A DNA stretch of 64,000 nt, from assembly GCA_964019425.1 (NCBI GenBank), contig OZ025790.1, forward strand, positions 1,116,001 to 1,180,000, given 5' to 3'. The stretch comes from Flectonema sp. DT1601 (Eukaryota). The notes beneath the pieces were generated by a model. The model was not told where the DNA came from, made no database searches, and saw nothing but the letters and a program-made list of their open reading frames with translations. Both the position numbers and the translations under genes were made by a program. Positions 1 to 12,410 of this stretch are shown one piece after another; within the stretch, counting starts at the first letter, position 1; each line of letters starts with the position of its first letter.

Positions 1-2043
1 GTCTCGTCCTCTCTAAGACCAGACATTTTTATTTATTCTTTTTTTGCGAAAAGAGCACTGATTCTGGAGCTGACGTGTCCAAATGAAGATCGTTTCGAAA
101 CCTCTCATGTCTTAAAGGAAAAGAAATACCTAAAGCTAAGAGACTCGATCATCGCTAATGGCTTCGACTGTAACATTTTTACTATTGAAGTTGGCGTACG
201 AGGAAACATCTGCATGGACCAGCTGAACATCTGGACACGTCACATCGGTTCACCTTTAGCACCAACAAAAGCTTTATTTTGTGAATGCACCAGAATCGCC
301 AGACAGTGCTCATATGTTCTGTTCCAGACGAGGAACCTCCCCACGTGGCATTCAAGACCTCTAATGCGCAGCATTAAAGAAGAACCTGCCACTGCAAGTT
401 TTATAAAAGATGGTAAAGAAATCTTCCCTGTAGAAGAAGTCAAAATCCACAAAGTAACAAAACTGAAAACGATCGAAAAGCTCACCATTGAAAGATCGTG
501 GCTTGAGAAATGTTTTATCTGGCAAACTTGTTACGCATCGGCTCTTTCTATTCTACTTATTGCCAATGGGTCTTCCTCCCCGGCCCCTTCTGTTTTGTTA
601 GATGAGGATGAGCTCACTGGACTCTCCTTGTCATTCTCTTCTATTTCTTCCATCTCTTTCCAGACTCCCCCACCTGAACTCACGTCAACGGGATCGCAAA
701 CACTCCCTACTGATTTTGCTATGGTGTTAAGATGTCAATCTGACATTGGTTCTCAAACCCCCTTGTACAAAGAAAAAAAAGGAAGATTAAGGCTGAAACT
801 TTCCTTGAAATGCCAGATTTTAGAAAACGAATTAGAACAAATGAAAGAACGAATTTTTTATGTTCTATTTTTATTTTACTTTAATGCGATGTCAGCCTCC
901 CTCGAGAAAGACAAGCAGTTACTAAACGGATTACCTGTTGAGATCAAAGCTACCAACCAGGATCCATCCTCACTTCCTCCTGCGCCCCCTGTTTTAATTA
1001 TTGAAAAAGATAGAAAAGAATATGAACTTCTGGAAGGAGTAATTCAACGGTTAACAGTAGAACGCGATGAATCGAAGACTTCTCTTTCCGCACTAGTTCG
1101 TCAATATGACTTAGTGGAAGATTACAGGAAACGTGAGCTCGCAAATCTGACTCAGAAAGCAGACCTATCGGAAATGGCGCTTTTCAATTACCATCAAAGG
1201 TTTGTTCTTCTGTCGAACGAATTGGAGACCAAATGTAATGAGGAAAGAGAAAGTAAAATAAGACTTTTCTATACTCAACAGGAGGTCGAGATTTTGCGTG
1301 CCGCACGTCCCCACATGACCCACTTTAGTCAACAAGTTTCCCCCCGATCCCCTATTTTGTATGAATCTGTTGCTATGATGAAGATAGCAAAGAACTACCT
1401 CTCGCTCTTTACAACTACGAGTAGTCTTTTTACTCCTCTTATTAAACCCCTTATCCCTACCCTTAATTATATCACCCCTCTTTGTCCTCTAGCCTCAATT
1501 CCTCCGACAATGCCGCAGAGTGAAGCTCTCGACCGCACGCCGACCAAGATTTTACGACAAGAGAGCCACGTTATCTCCGTTAAAGAGAATACACCTATTG
1601 CGAGACAATGGTCCGAGGGTAGGATTGACTTACTCGAGAACTACTGTCGAGCAGTAGATGACTCTCTCGAAACAAACGAGAAAGCGGCAGAGCTCTCAGA
1701 ACAACTTTTGGATGCCCAACTTCGCCTCTCGGAGCTGAATCACCAACGGTGTACAACTCACGCAGAGCAGCTTGAGCAATCCATGATGTTAACGGGACTG
1801 GCGAGCGATTTAAATGCTCAACTCGCCTTGGCACGGTCTCAAATTGCGGCCCTGAAGTTCCAATTAGCTTCATGGGCAGAAGGTTTGAGTCCGCCAGACA
1901 CAGAAGAACATGAGGAAATTGAAACTCCGCCGAGAAAGTCTGAGCGTTCAACTCTGAAAAAACGGACCCCTCCATCAAGATATCGTTATAATCGAAGGAG
2001 ATGTTCTGCTGATAACGTTCACGGTGACTCCACCCCCTTGTAA
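1..2043 (+). CDS. 3' part of RLE-clade (HERO/NeSL/R4-like) non-LTR retrotransposon ORF, copy 1: end of RLE domain plus ~560-aa extension; 5' end outside window
   Basis: Frame 1 is open from base 1: LRPDIFIY..LILELTCP..KEKKY..IEVGVRG (PD-(D/E)xK RLE motifs). It runs without a stop into the 214..2043 ORF and is near-identical to 22617-24803 once the MITEs are removed. Confidence 0.9.
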   Translation, partial: VSSSLRPDIFIYSFFAKRALILELTCPNEDRFETSHVLKEKKYLKLRDSIIANGFDCNIFTIEVGVRGNICMDQLNIWTRHIGSPLAPTKALFCECTRIARQCSYVLFQTRNLPTWHSRPLMRSIKEEPATASFIKDGKEIFPVEEVKIHKVTKLKTIEKLTIERSWLEKCFIWQTCYASALSILLIANGSSSPAPSVLLDEDELTGLSLSFSSISSISFQTPPPELTSTGSQTLPTDFAMVLRCQSDIGSQTPLYKEKKGRLRLKLSLKCQILENELEQMKERIFYVLFLFYFNAMSASLEKDKQLLNGLPVEIKATNQDPSSLPPAPPVLIIEKDRKEYELLEGVIQRLTVERDESKTSLSALVRQYDLVEDYRKRELANLTQKADLSEMALFNYHQRFVLLSNELETKCNEERESKIRLFYTQQEVEILRAARPHMTHFSQQVSPRSPILYESVAMMKIAKNYLSLFTTTSSLFTPLIKPLIPTLNYITPLCPLASIPPTMPQSEALDRTPTKILRQESHVISVKENTPIARQWSEGRIDLLENYCRAVDDSLETNEKAAELSEQLLDAQLRLSELNHQRCTTHAEQLEQSMMLTGLASDLNAQLALARSQIAALKFQLASWAEGLSPPDTEEHEEIETPPRKSERSTLKKRTPPSRYRYNRRRCSADNVHGDSTPL

Positions 2044-2200
2044 TTCTTTTTCCTTACTTTCACATCACTTTGTTTATTTAGTTTATTAGCTTATTTATTA
2101 TTTATTGTTCGTTTTGTTTGTAATATTTTGTCGATATGTTTATGTCCGTCAGATCATAACGTTAATCAGATTAATTGTTAATTGTTAATTGTAAATGGTC
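2044..2200 (+). mobile_element. 3' UTR/tail of retrotransposon copy 1
   Basis: T-rich, with (TTAATTG)3 near 2171-2191. Similarity to the W block begins at ~2201, while the other W copy (~7926) has a different flank there. Confidence 0.55.
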
Positions 2201-2701
2201 TATAATTGTTTTCTTCTTCTCGACGATCAGATCCAATTGATCGACCTTTTTTTTTTTTTTTTTTTTTCCTTTATTCTTTCCATCCCTCCCGCTCCCCTTA
2301 TTTTAATAAAAACAAGATCAGCTCAGCTTGATCGTTAATCTTTTTTTTTTTTTTTTAAATTTAAACTGATTGTATTTATATCTGGTTATTTTTTTCTCAA
2401 CGATCGGCTATGCCGATCGACCTTTAAAATAATTGTCTTCTTCTTCTCGACGATCAGATCCAATTGATCGACCTTTTCTTTTTTTTTCCTTTATTCCTCC
2501 CATCCCTCCCGCTCCCCTTATTTTAATAAAAACAAGATCAGCTCAGCTTGATCGTTATTTTTTTTTTTTTTTTTTGTTGGTCCTAGTCAAGACCTTAAAC
2601 TGACTAATCGGTCTTAACTTTAACTAAGTGAATGAACCCTTCCCGTTTTCCTTTTCCCTTTATTACTCTCTATCTGGTCTGTTATGTCATAAATCTCATT
2701 T
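2201..2701 (+). repeat. W (two ~225-bp units) plus Y block; inverted copy at ~7410-8000, second Y at ~13444-13568
   Basis: tcttcttctcgacgatcagatccaattgatcgacc...gatcagctcagcttgatcg occurs twice. ggtcctagtcaagaccttaaactgac recurs at ~13446 and reverse-complemented at ~7511-7536. Confidence 0.85.
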
Positions 2702-2711
2702 AGTTTTAGAC

Positions 2712-3118
2712 TGAATTCGATAGAGTGGGAAGTAACGGACTGGGAGCTTTTGGCTCCTGCCCTATTCCCGATGTAAACTTTCTTTTTATTTTTTTTTTTT
2801 TTTTTTTTTAACAGGCCCAGAGGGCGACAATGACTGTTGCTGACCAAGGAATAATATTCAAATGAATTTTCGTTTCAAAGAAACGAACAGAATTAAGGGA
2901 GAGGCAGAGAAAAAAAAAAAAAAAAGAAAGAAAAGAAAAAAAAAATATGAAGAGGAAATAATCAAACATGAAAAAAATAAAAAAAAAAAAATAAAATATA
3001 AATAAAAACGTTGTATGAAAAAGGAAAAAAAAGAAAAAAAAAAAAAAAAGACCAGAAAAGGAAAGAGAAAATGAAAAGGTATAATATTATTGTGGGGATA
3101 TGAGGATAGCAGGGAGAT

Positions 3119-3155
<37 letters not shown>

Positions 3156-3170
3156 TTATTATTTAAAAAA
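2712..3170 (+). repeat. Z cap block (copy 1 of 4; others ~12410-12862 minus, ~18665-19088 minus, ~24803-25260 plus)
   Basis: tgaattcgatagagtgggaagtaacggactgggagcttttggctcc...gtggggatatgaggatagcagggagatgctc is found four times, always abutting the first satellite monomer. Confidence 0.92.
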
Positions 3171-6100
3171 AGGAAACAATCAGTTTAGCGTCTCGATCGG
3201 GACGGAAAATAGAAATTAATCGACATAGTCGATCGATAGAAAAAAAAACAATGATAACATTGTTTATTCTTTTTTTTTTTTTTTTTTTTTTTTTAAATCC
3301 TTTTAATTATTTTAAAGAAAAAACAATCAGTTTAGCGTCTTGACCAGGACGGAAAATAGAAAGTGATCGACATAGTCGATCGATAAAAAAAACAATGATA
3401 ACATTGTTTATTCATTTTTTTTTTATTTTTTTTTAAATTCTTATTATTTATTTTTTAAAGAAAAAAAAAAAAACGGAAAATAAAAATTAGTCGACAAAGT
3501 CGAACGATAAAAAAAAAACAATGATAACATTGTTTATTCTTTTTTTTTTTTGTTTTTTTTTTATATTCTTTTTTATTAATTTTGAAAAAAAAAACAATCA
3601 GTTTAGCGTCTTGACCAGGACGGAAAATAGAAAGTAATCGACATAGTCGATCGATAAAAAAACAGTGATAACATTGTTTAATCTTTTTTTTTAAATTCTT
3701 TTTATTTATTTTTTAAAGAAAAAAAACGGAAAATAGAAATTAGTCGACAATGTCGAACGATAAAAAAACAATGATAACATTGTTTATTCTTTTTTTTTAT
3801 TTTTTTTATATTTTTTTTTTAATTAATTTTGAAAAAAAAACAATCAGTTTAGCGTCTTGACCAGGACGGAAAATAGAAAGCGATCGACTTAGTCGATCGA
3901 TAAGAAAACAATGATAACATTGTTTATTCTTTTTTTTTATTTTAAATTCTTTTTATTTATTTTTTAAAGAAAAAAACGGAAAATAGAAATTAGTCGACAA
4001 AGTCGAACGATAAAAAAAAACAATGATAACATTGTTTATTCTTTTTTTTGTATTTTTTTTATATTCTTTTTTATTAATTTTGAAAAAAAAAAAAAAAAAA
4101 ACAATCAGTTTAGCGTCTTGACCAGGACGGAAAATAGAAAGTGATCGACATAGTCGATCGATAAAAAAACAGTGATAACATTGTTTATTCTTTTTTTTTA
4201 TTTTAAATTCTTTTTATTTATTTTTTAAAGAAAAAAAAACTGAAAATAGAAATTAGTCGACAAAGTCGAACGATAAAAAAAACAATGATAACATTGTTTA
4301 TTCTTTTTTTTATTTTTTTTTTTATATTCTTCTTTATTAATTTTGAAAAAAAAAAAAAAAAAAAAAACAATCAGTTTAGCGTCTTGACCAGGACGGAAAA
4401 TAGAAAGTAATCGACATAGTCGATCGATAAAAAAAAACAATGATAACATTGTTTATTCTTTTTTTTTATTTTAAATTCTTTTTATTTATTTTTTAAAGAA
4501 AAAAAACGGAAAATAGAAATTAGTCGACAAAGTCGAACGATAAAAAAAAACAATGATAACATTGTTTATTCTTTTTTTTTTTTTTTTTTATTTCTTTTTA
4601 TTTATTAAAAAAAAAAAACAATCAGTTTAGCGTCTTGACCAGGACGGAAAATAGAAAGTGATCGACATAGTCGATCGATAAAAAAACAATGATAACATTG
4701 TTTATTCTTTTTTTTTTTATTTTTTTATATTCTTTTTTATTAATTTTGAAAAAAAAACAATCAGTTTAGCGTCTTGACCAGGACGGAAAATAGAAAGTGA
4801 TCGACATAGTCGATCGATAAAAAAACAATGATAACATTGTTTATTCTTTTTTTTTATTTTAAATTCTTTTTTTTATTCTTTAAAGAAAAGAAACGGAAAA
4901 TAGAAATCAGTCGACAAAGTCGAACGATAAAAAAAACAATGATAACATTGTTTATTCTTTTTTTTATTTTTTTTTTTATATTCTTTTTTATTAATTTTGA
5001 AAAAAAAAAAAAAAAAACAATCAGTTTAGCGTCTTGACCAGGACGGAAAATAGAAAGTAATCGACATAGTCGATCGATAAAAAAACAATGATAACATTGT
5101 TTGTTCTTTTTTTTTTTTAAATCCTTTTTATTTATTTTTTAAAGGAAAAAAAAACGGAAAATAGAAATTAGTCGACAAAGTCGAACGATAAAAAAACAAT
5201 GATAACATTGTTTATTTTTTTTTTTTTTTTTTATTTCTTTTTATTTATTAAAAAAAAAAAACAATCAGTTTAGCGTCTTGACCAGGACGGAAAATAGAAA
5301 GTGATCGACATAGTCGATCGATAAAAAAACAATGATAACATTGTTTATTCTTTTTTTTTATTTTAAATTCTTTTTATTTATTTTTTAAAGAAAAAAAAAC
5401 GGAAAATAGAAATTAGTCGACAAAGTCGAACGATAAAAAAAACAATGATAACATTGTTTATTCTTTTTTTTATTTTTTTTTTTATATTCTTTTTTATTAA
5501 TTTTGAAAAAAAAAAAAAAAAAACAATCAGTTTAGCGTCTTGACCAGGACGGAAAATAGAAAGTAATCGACATAGTCGATCGATAAAAAAACAATGATAA
5601 CATTGTTTATTCTTTTTTTTTTTTAAATTCTTTTTATTTATTTTTTAAAGGAAAAAAAAAACGGAAAATAGAAATTAGTCGACAAAGTCGAACGATAAAA
5701 AAAACAATGATAACATTGTTTATTCTTTTTTTTTTTTTTTTTTATTTCTTTTTATTTATTAAAAAAAAAACAATCAGTTTAGCGTCTTGACCAGGACGGA
5801 AAATAGAATGTGATCGACATAGTCGATCGATAAAAAAACAATGATAACATTGTTTATTCTTTTTTTTTTATTTTAAATTCTTTTTATTTATTTTTTAAAG
5901 AAAAAAAAAACGGAAAATAGAAATTAGTCGACAAAGTCGAACGATAAAAAAAAACAATGATAACATTGTTTATTCTTTTTTTTATTTTTTTTTTTATTCT
6001 TTTTTTATTAACTTTGAAAAAAAAAAAACAATCAGTTTAGCGTCTTGACCAGGACGGAAAATAGAAAGTAATCGACATAGTCGATCGATAAAAAAAAAAC

Positions 6101-7046
6101 AATGATAACATTGTTTATTCTTTTTTTTTATTTTAAATTCTTTTTATTTATTTTTTAAAGAAAAAAAACGGAAAATAGAAATTAGTCGACAAAGTCGAAC
6201 GATAAAAAAAAACAATGATAACATTGTTTATTCTTTTTTTTTTTTTTTTATTTCTTTTTATTTATTAAAAAAAAAAAACAATCAGTTTAGCGTCTTGACC
6301 AGGACGGAAAATAGAAAGTGATCGACATAGTCGATCGATAAAAAAGAACAATGATAACATTGTTTATTCTTTTTTTTAATTTTAAATTCTTTTTATTTAT
6401 TTTTTAAAGAAAAAAAAACGGAAAATAGAAATTAGTCGACAAAGTCGAACGATAAAAAAAAAACAATGATAACATTGTTTATTCTTTTTTTTATTTTTTT
6501 TTTTATTCTTTTCTATTAATTTTGAAAAAAAGAAAAAAAAACAATCAGTTTAGCGTCTTGACCAGGACGGAAAATAGAAAGTAATCGACATAGTCGATCG
6601 ATAAAAAAAAAACAATGATAACATTGTTTATTCTTTTTTTTTAATTTAAATTCTTTTTATTTATTTTTTAAAGAAAAAAAAACGGAAAATAGAAATTAGT
6701 CGACAAAGTCGAACGATAAAAAAAAACAATGATAACATTGTTTATTCTTTTTTTTATTTTTTTTTTTATTTTTTTTTTATTCTTTTTTATTAACTTTGAA
6801 AAAAAAAAAACAATCAGTTTAGCGTCTTGGCCAGGACGGAAAATAGAAAGTAATCGACATAGTCGATCGATAAAAAAAACAATGATAACATTGTTTATTC
6901 TTTTTTTTATTTTAAATTCTTTTTATTTATTTTTTAAAGAAAAAAAAACTGAAAATAGAAATTAGTCGACAAAGTCGAACGATAAAAAAAACAATGATAA
7001 CATTGTTTATTCTTTTTTTTATTTTAAATTCTTTTTATTTATTTTT
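3171..7046 (+). repeat. Satellite array 1 (A ~125 bp and B ~110 bp monomers, mostly alternating)
   Basis: A core caatcagtttagcgtcttgaccaggacggaaaatagaaagtRatcgacatagtcgatcgat and B core cggaaaatagaaattagtcgacaaagtcgaacgat. Both are followed by acaatgataacattgtttattc and variable A/T runs. Confidence 0.97.
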
Positions 7047-7405
7047 TAACAGGAGTTAAGATCACTTACATGAGTTAACACAACACAGATACGAGAGTCG
7101 CAAACTGAGGTAACACTACCAATTCAACAAAAAATAATCAGGATCGGACACAAGGAGGAGAGTTCATTCTACCTCTCATTGTCCTTGCTGGTATCTTAAG
7201 TGTCTTGGTATCTCTTGTGTGTCGGTATCTCGGAAGTGCTGGTATCTCGTATGTGCGTTGGTATCTCTTGCGTGTTGGTATCTCTTGCACATAAAAAAAA
7301 AAAAAATATTGAGTTAACATGATCAGTTTTATTTAACATTAAAGACAGAACGGAACTATTTGAAAATAAAATGTAGATGGGAAACAGTGAAAATTAAAAT
7401 GAATG
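7047..7405 (-). repeat. X block (inverted copy), containing six AGATACC motifs
   Basis: Reverse complement of 8331-8680 and 13580-13931. Confidence 0.9.
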
Positions 7406-7756
7406 ATAAAATTAAATGAGATTTATGACATAACAGACCAGATAGAGAGTAATAAAGGGAAAAGGAAAACGGGAAGGGTTCATTCACTTAGTTAAAGTTA
7501 AGACCGATTAGTCAGTTTAAGGTCTTGACTAGGACCAACAAAAAAAAAAAAAATAAATAAATAAATAACGATCAAGCTGAGCTGATCTTGTTTTTATTAG
7601 ATTAAGGGGAGCGGGAGGGATGGGAGGAATAAAGGAAAAAAAAAGAAAAGGTCGATCAATTGGATCTGATCGTCGAGAAGAAGAAGACAATTATTTTAAA
7701 GGTCGATCGGCATAGCCGATCGTTGAGAAAAAATAACCAGATATAAATACAATCAG

Positions 7757-7788
<32 letters not shown>

Positions 7789-8330
7789 TTAACGATCAAG
7801 CTGAGCTGATCTTGTTTTTATTAAAATAAGGGGAGCGGGAGGGATGGAAAGAATAAAGGAAAAAAAAAAAAAAGAAAAAAAAAGTCGATCAATTGGATCT
7901 GATCGTCGAGAAGAAGAAAACAATTATTTTTAAAAAAAATGATCGGTATAGCCGATCATTGAGAAAAGAACAGATATAAATACAATCGGTTTTGGTGATC
8001 GACGAGTGGAGCGATCACTTGACAAGAAGGAAAAAAGAAAGGACCGATTAATTGGGGCTTTGGTTGTATTCCCAAGGCATGTTTTTTTTTTTTTTTTTTA
8101 TTATTCATTTACATTATTTTTTTTTTTTTTTTTTTTTAAATTAATAATCACATTTTGTTCAAAAATATTTCATATTAGAGTAAAAGAAAAAGAAAACAAA
8201 GAGATAAGAGAAAAAAAAAAAAAAACCATTGCTGGCCCCCTCACCACTCATAGAGGATGAGGAGGCCAGTAAGGCGTCACTCAAATCTATGCCAAATCAT
8301 TTTAATTTTGCGTCACTCAAATCTATGCCA

Positions 8331-8680
8331 TTCATTTTAATTTTCACTGTTTCCCATCTACATTTTATTTTCAAAAAGTTCCGGTCTGTCTTTAATGTTA
8401 AATAAAACTGATCATGTTAACTCAATTTTTTTTTATGTGCAAGAGATACCAACACGCAAGAGATACCAACGCACATACGAGATACCAGCACTTCCGAGAT
8501 ACCGACACACAAGAGATACCAAGACACTTAAGATACCAGCAAGGACAATGAGAGGTAGAATGAACTCTCCTCCTTGTGTCCGATCCTGATTATTTTTTGT
8601 TGAATTGGTAGTGTTACCTCAGTTTGCGACTCTCGTATCTGTGTTGTGTTAACTCATGTAAGTGATCTTAACTCCTGTTA
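8331..8680 (+). repeat. X block
   Basis: Near-identical to 13580-13931 and to the reverse complement of 7047-7405. Confidence 0.9.
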
Positions 8681-8715
8681 AAAAATAAATAAAAAGAATT
8701 TAAAATAAAAAAAAA

Positions 8716-9543
8716 GGGTAAAGGGGTCTTTCCTACACAAATAGTTTCAGAACTAACCATTCATTACAAAATCCAAAATGGCTGTAAACCGTCCAGTTCG
8801 ATCCTGGGTGAGGGCATTTTTTTTTTTTCCCGATTTTTTTTTCAGGTTGGACTTTGTACGGGGAGGTTGGCTTTTATTAGTGGCTCCCCCCCCTTGGGGG
8901 GGGTTGGGGGGGGGGGCTTGCGTCCCGCCAAGAATTTGGCGGACGCAAGCCCCCCCCTTGCACTCTTCCCCAGCTTAACATCCATTAGTAGCAAACTTGT
9001 TTTTTCAGGTTGGACTTTGTACAGGGGAGGTTGGCTTTTATTAGTGGCTCCCCCCCCTTGGGGGGGGTTGGGGGGGGGGCTTGCGTTCCGCCAAGAACTT
9101 GGCGGAACGCAAGCCCCCCCTTGCACTCTTCCCAGCTTAATATCCATTAGTAGCAAATTTGTTTTTTGAGGTTGGACTTTGTACGGGACAGGCAGACTTT
9201 GTACGGGAGAGGTTGGCTTTTATTAGTGGCTCCCCCCCCTTGGGGGGGCTTGCGTTCCGCCAAGTTCTTGGCGGAACGCAAGCCCCCCCTTGCACTATAC
9301 CCCAGCTTAATACCTATTCTGGGTGAAAAAATCCGGTGAAAAAAAAAATGACGTTGGTCGGGATTGAGCCTGGGCATCGGGTGTCCAAAGTCAGTGCTCC
9401 CTCCGCTGAACCACATCCGCTCTTAAAGACAGGTGCGGGTCTCGATGCATCCCATATACAGTTTTTGGGTCCCCCAGCCATTTTGGATTTTGTAATGAAT
9501 GGTTAGTTCTGAAACTATTTGTGTAGTAAACACTAGTTTGCCC
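8716..9543. mobile_element. Non-autonomous Mutator-like element 1 with ~69-bp TIRs and three GC-rich internal hairpin repeats
   Basis: TIRs 8716-8784 and 9475-9543 (ctacacaaatagtttcagaactaaccattcattacaaaatccaaaatggctg), GGG...CCC termini, inserted in an A-run compatible with a 9-bp TSD. Confidence 0.8.
9347..9420 (-). pseudogene. Degenerate tRNA-derived sequence inside element 1
   Basis: Minus strand has box A-like TGGTTCAGCGG and box B-like GGCTCAATCCC at tRNA spacing, then a T-run. Stems pair poorly. Confidence 0.5.
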
Positions 9544-12410
9544 AAAAAAAAAAAAAGAATAAACTACTTTCTATTTTCCGTCCTGGTCAAGACGCTAAAC
9601 TGATTGTTTTTTTTTTTTTTTTTCAAAATTAATAAAAAAAAAAAAAAAAAAAAAAAAAAATAAAAAAAAAGAATAAACAATGTTATCATTGTTTTTTTTT
9701 CATCGTTCGACTTTGTCGACTAATTTCTATTTTCCGTTTTTTTTTTCTTTAAAAAATAAATAAAAAGAATTTAAAATAAAAAAAAAGAATAAACAATGTT
9801 ATCATTGTTTTTTTATCGATCGACTATGTCGATCACTTTCTATTTTCCGTCCTGGTCAAGACGCTAAACTGATTGTTTTTTTTTATAAATAAAAAGAAAT
9901 AAAAAAAAAAAAAAAAGAATAAACAATGTTATCATTGTTTTTTTATCGTTCGACTTTGTCGACTAATTTCTATTTTCAGTTTTTTTTCTTTAAAAAATAA
10001 ATAAAAAGAATTTAAAATAAAAAAAAAGAATAAACAATGTTACCATTGTTTTCTTATCGATCGACTATGTCGATTACTTTCTATTTTCCGTCCTGGTCAA
10101 GACGCTAAACTGATTGTTTTTTTTTTCAAAATTAATAAAAAAGAATAAAAAAAAAAAAAATAAAAAAAAGAATAAACAATGTTATCATTGTTTTTTTTCA
10201 TCGTTCGACTTTGTCGACTAATTTCTATTTTCCGTTTTTTTTTTCTTTAAAAAATAAATAAAAAGAATTTAAAATAAAAAAAAAGAATAAACAATGTTAT
10301 CATTGTTTTTTTATCGATCGACTATGTCGATCACTTTCTATTTTCCGTTCTGGTCAAGACGCTAAACTGATTGTTTTTTTTTATAAATAAAAAGAAATAA
10401 AAAAAAAAAAAAAAAGAATAAACAATGTTATCATTATTTTTTTATCGTTCGACTTTGTCGACTAATTTCTATTTTCCGTTTTTTTTCCTTTAAAAAATAA
10501 ATAAAAAGAATTTAAAAAAAAAAGGAATAAACAATGTTATCATTGTTTTTTTTTATCGTTCGACTTTGTCGACTAATTTCTATTTTCCGTCCTGGTCAAG
10601 ACGCTAAACTGATTGTTTTTTTTTTTCAAAATTAATAAAAAAGAATATAAAAAAAAAAATAAAAAAAAGAATAAACAATGTTATCATTGTTTTTTTTTTT
10701 ATCGGACTAATTTCTATTTTCCGTTTCTTTTCTTTAAAAAATAAATAAAAAGAATTTAAAATAAAAAAAAAGAATAAACAATGTTATCATTGTTTTTTTT
10801 TATCGTTCGACTTTGTCGACTAATTTCTATTTTCAGTTTTTTTCTTTAAAAAATAAATAAAAAGATTTTAAAATAAAAAAAAAGAATAAACAATGTTATC
10901 ATTGTTTTTTTTATCGATCGACTATGTCGATTACTTTCTATTTTCCGTCCTGGTCAAGACGCTAAACTGATTGTTTTTTTTTTTTCAAAATTAATAAAAA
11001 AGAATATAAAAAAAAATAAAAAAAGAATAAACAATGTTATCATTGTTTTTTTTATCGTTCGACTTTGTCGACTAATTTCTATTTTCAGTTTTTTTCTTTA
11101 AAAAATAAATAAAAAGAATTTAAAATAAAAAAAAAAAGAATAAACAATGTTATCATTGTTTTCTTATCGATCGACTATGTCGATTACTTTCTATTTTCCG
11201 TCCTGGTCAAGACGCTAAACTGATTGTTTTTTTTTTTCAAAATTAATAAAAAATAAAAAAAAAAAAATAAAAAAAAGAATAAACAATGTTATCATTGTTT
11301 TTTTTCATCGTTCGACTTTGTCGACTAATTTCTATTTTCCTTTTTTTTTCTTTAAAAAATAAATAAAAAGAATTTAAAATAAAAAAAAAGAATAAACAAT
11401 GTTATCATTGTTTTTTTATCGATCGACTATGTCGATCACTTTCTATTTTCCGTCCTGGTCAAGACGCTAAACTGATTTTTTTTTTTTTTTCAAAATTAAT
11501 AAAAAAGAATTTAAAAAAAATAAAAAAAAAAGAATAAACAATGTTATTATTGTTTTTTTTTTTTATCGTTCGACTTTGTTGACTAATTTCTATTTTCCGT
11601 TTTTTTTTCTTTTTAAAAAATAAATAAAAAGAATTTAAAAAAAAAAAAAAAAAAAAGAATAAACAATGTTATCATTGTTTTTTTTATCGATCGACTATGT
11701 CGATTACTTTCTATTTTCCGTCCTGGTCAAGACGCTAAACTGATTGTTTTTTTTTTTTTTCAAAATTAATAAAAAAGAATATAAAAAAAATACAAAAAAA
11801 AGAATAAACAATGTTATCATTGTTTTTTTTTTATCGTTCGACTTTGTCGACTAATTTCTATTTTCCGTTTTTTTTTCTTTAAAAAATAAATAAAAAGAAT
11901 TTAAAATAAAAAAAAAAGAATAAACAATATTATCATTGTTTTCTTATCGATCGACTATGTCGATCGCTTTCTATTTTCCGTCCTGGTCAAGACGCTAAAC
12001 TGATTGTTTTTTTTTTCAAAATTAATTAAAAAAAATATAAAAAAAATAAAAAAAAAGAATAAACAATGTTATCATTGTTTTTTTACCGTTCGACTTTGTC
12101 GACTAATTTCTATTTTCCGTTTTTTTTTCTTTAAAAAATAAATAAAAAGAATTTAAAAAAAAAAAAAAAGATTAAACAATGTTATCATTGTTTTTTTATC
12201 GATCGACTATGTCGATTACTTTCTATTTTCCGTCCTGGTCAAGACGCTAAACTGATTGTTTTTTTTTTCAAAATTAATAAAAAAGAATATAAAAAAAAAA
12301 CAAAAAAAAAAAGAATAAACAATGTTATCATTGTTTTTTTTTCTATCGATCGACTATGTCGATTAATTTCTATTTTCCGTCCCGATCGAGACGCTAAACT
12401 GATTGTTTCC
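9544..12410 (-). repeat. Satellite array 2 (inverted)
   Basis: Reverse complement of the A/B cores (ttttccgtcctggtcaagacgctaaactgattg). Confidence 0.97.
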
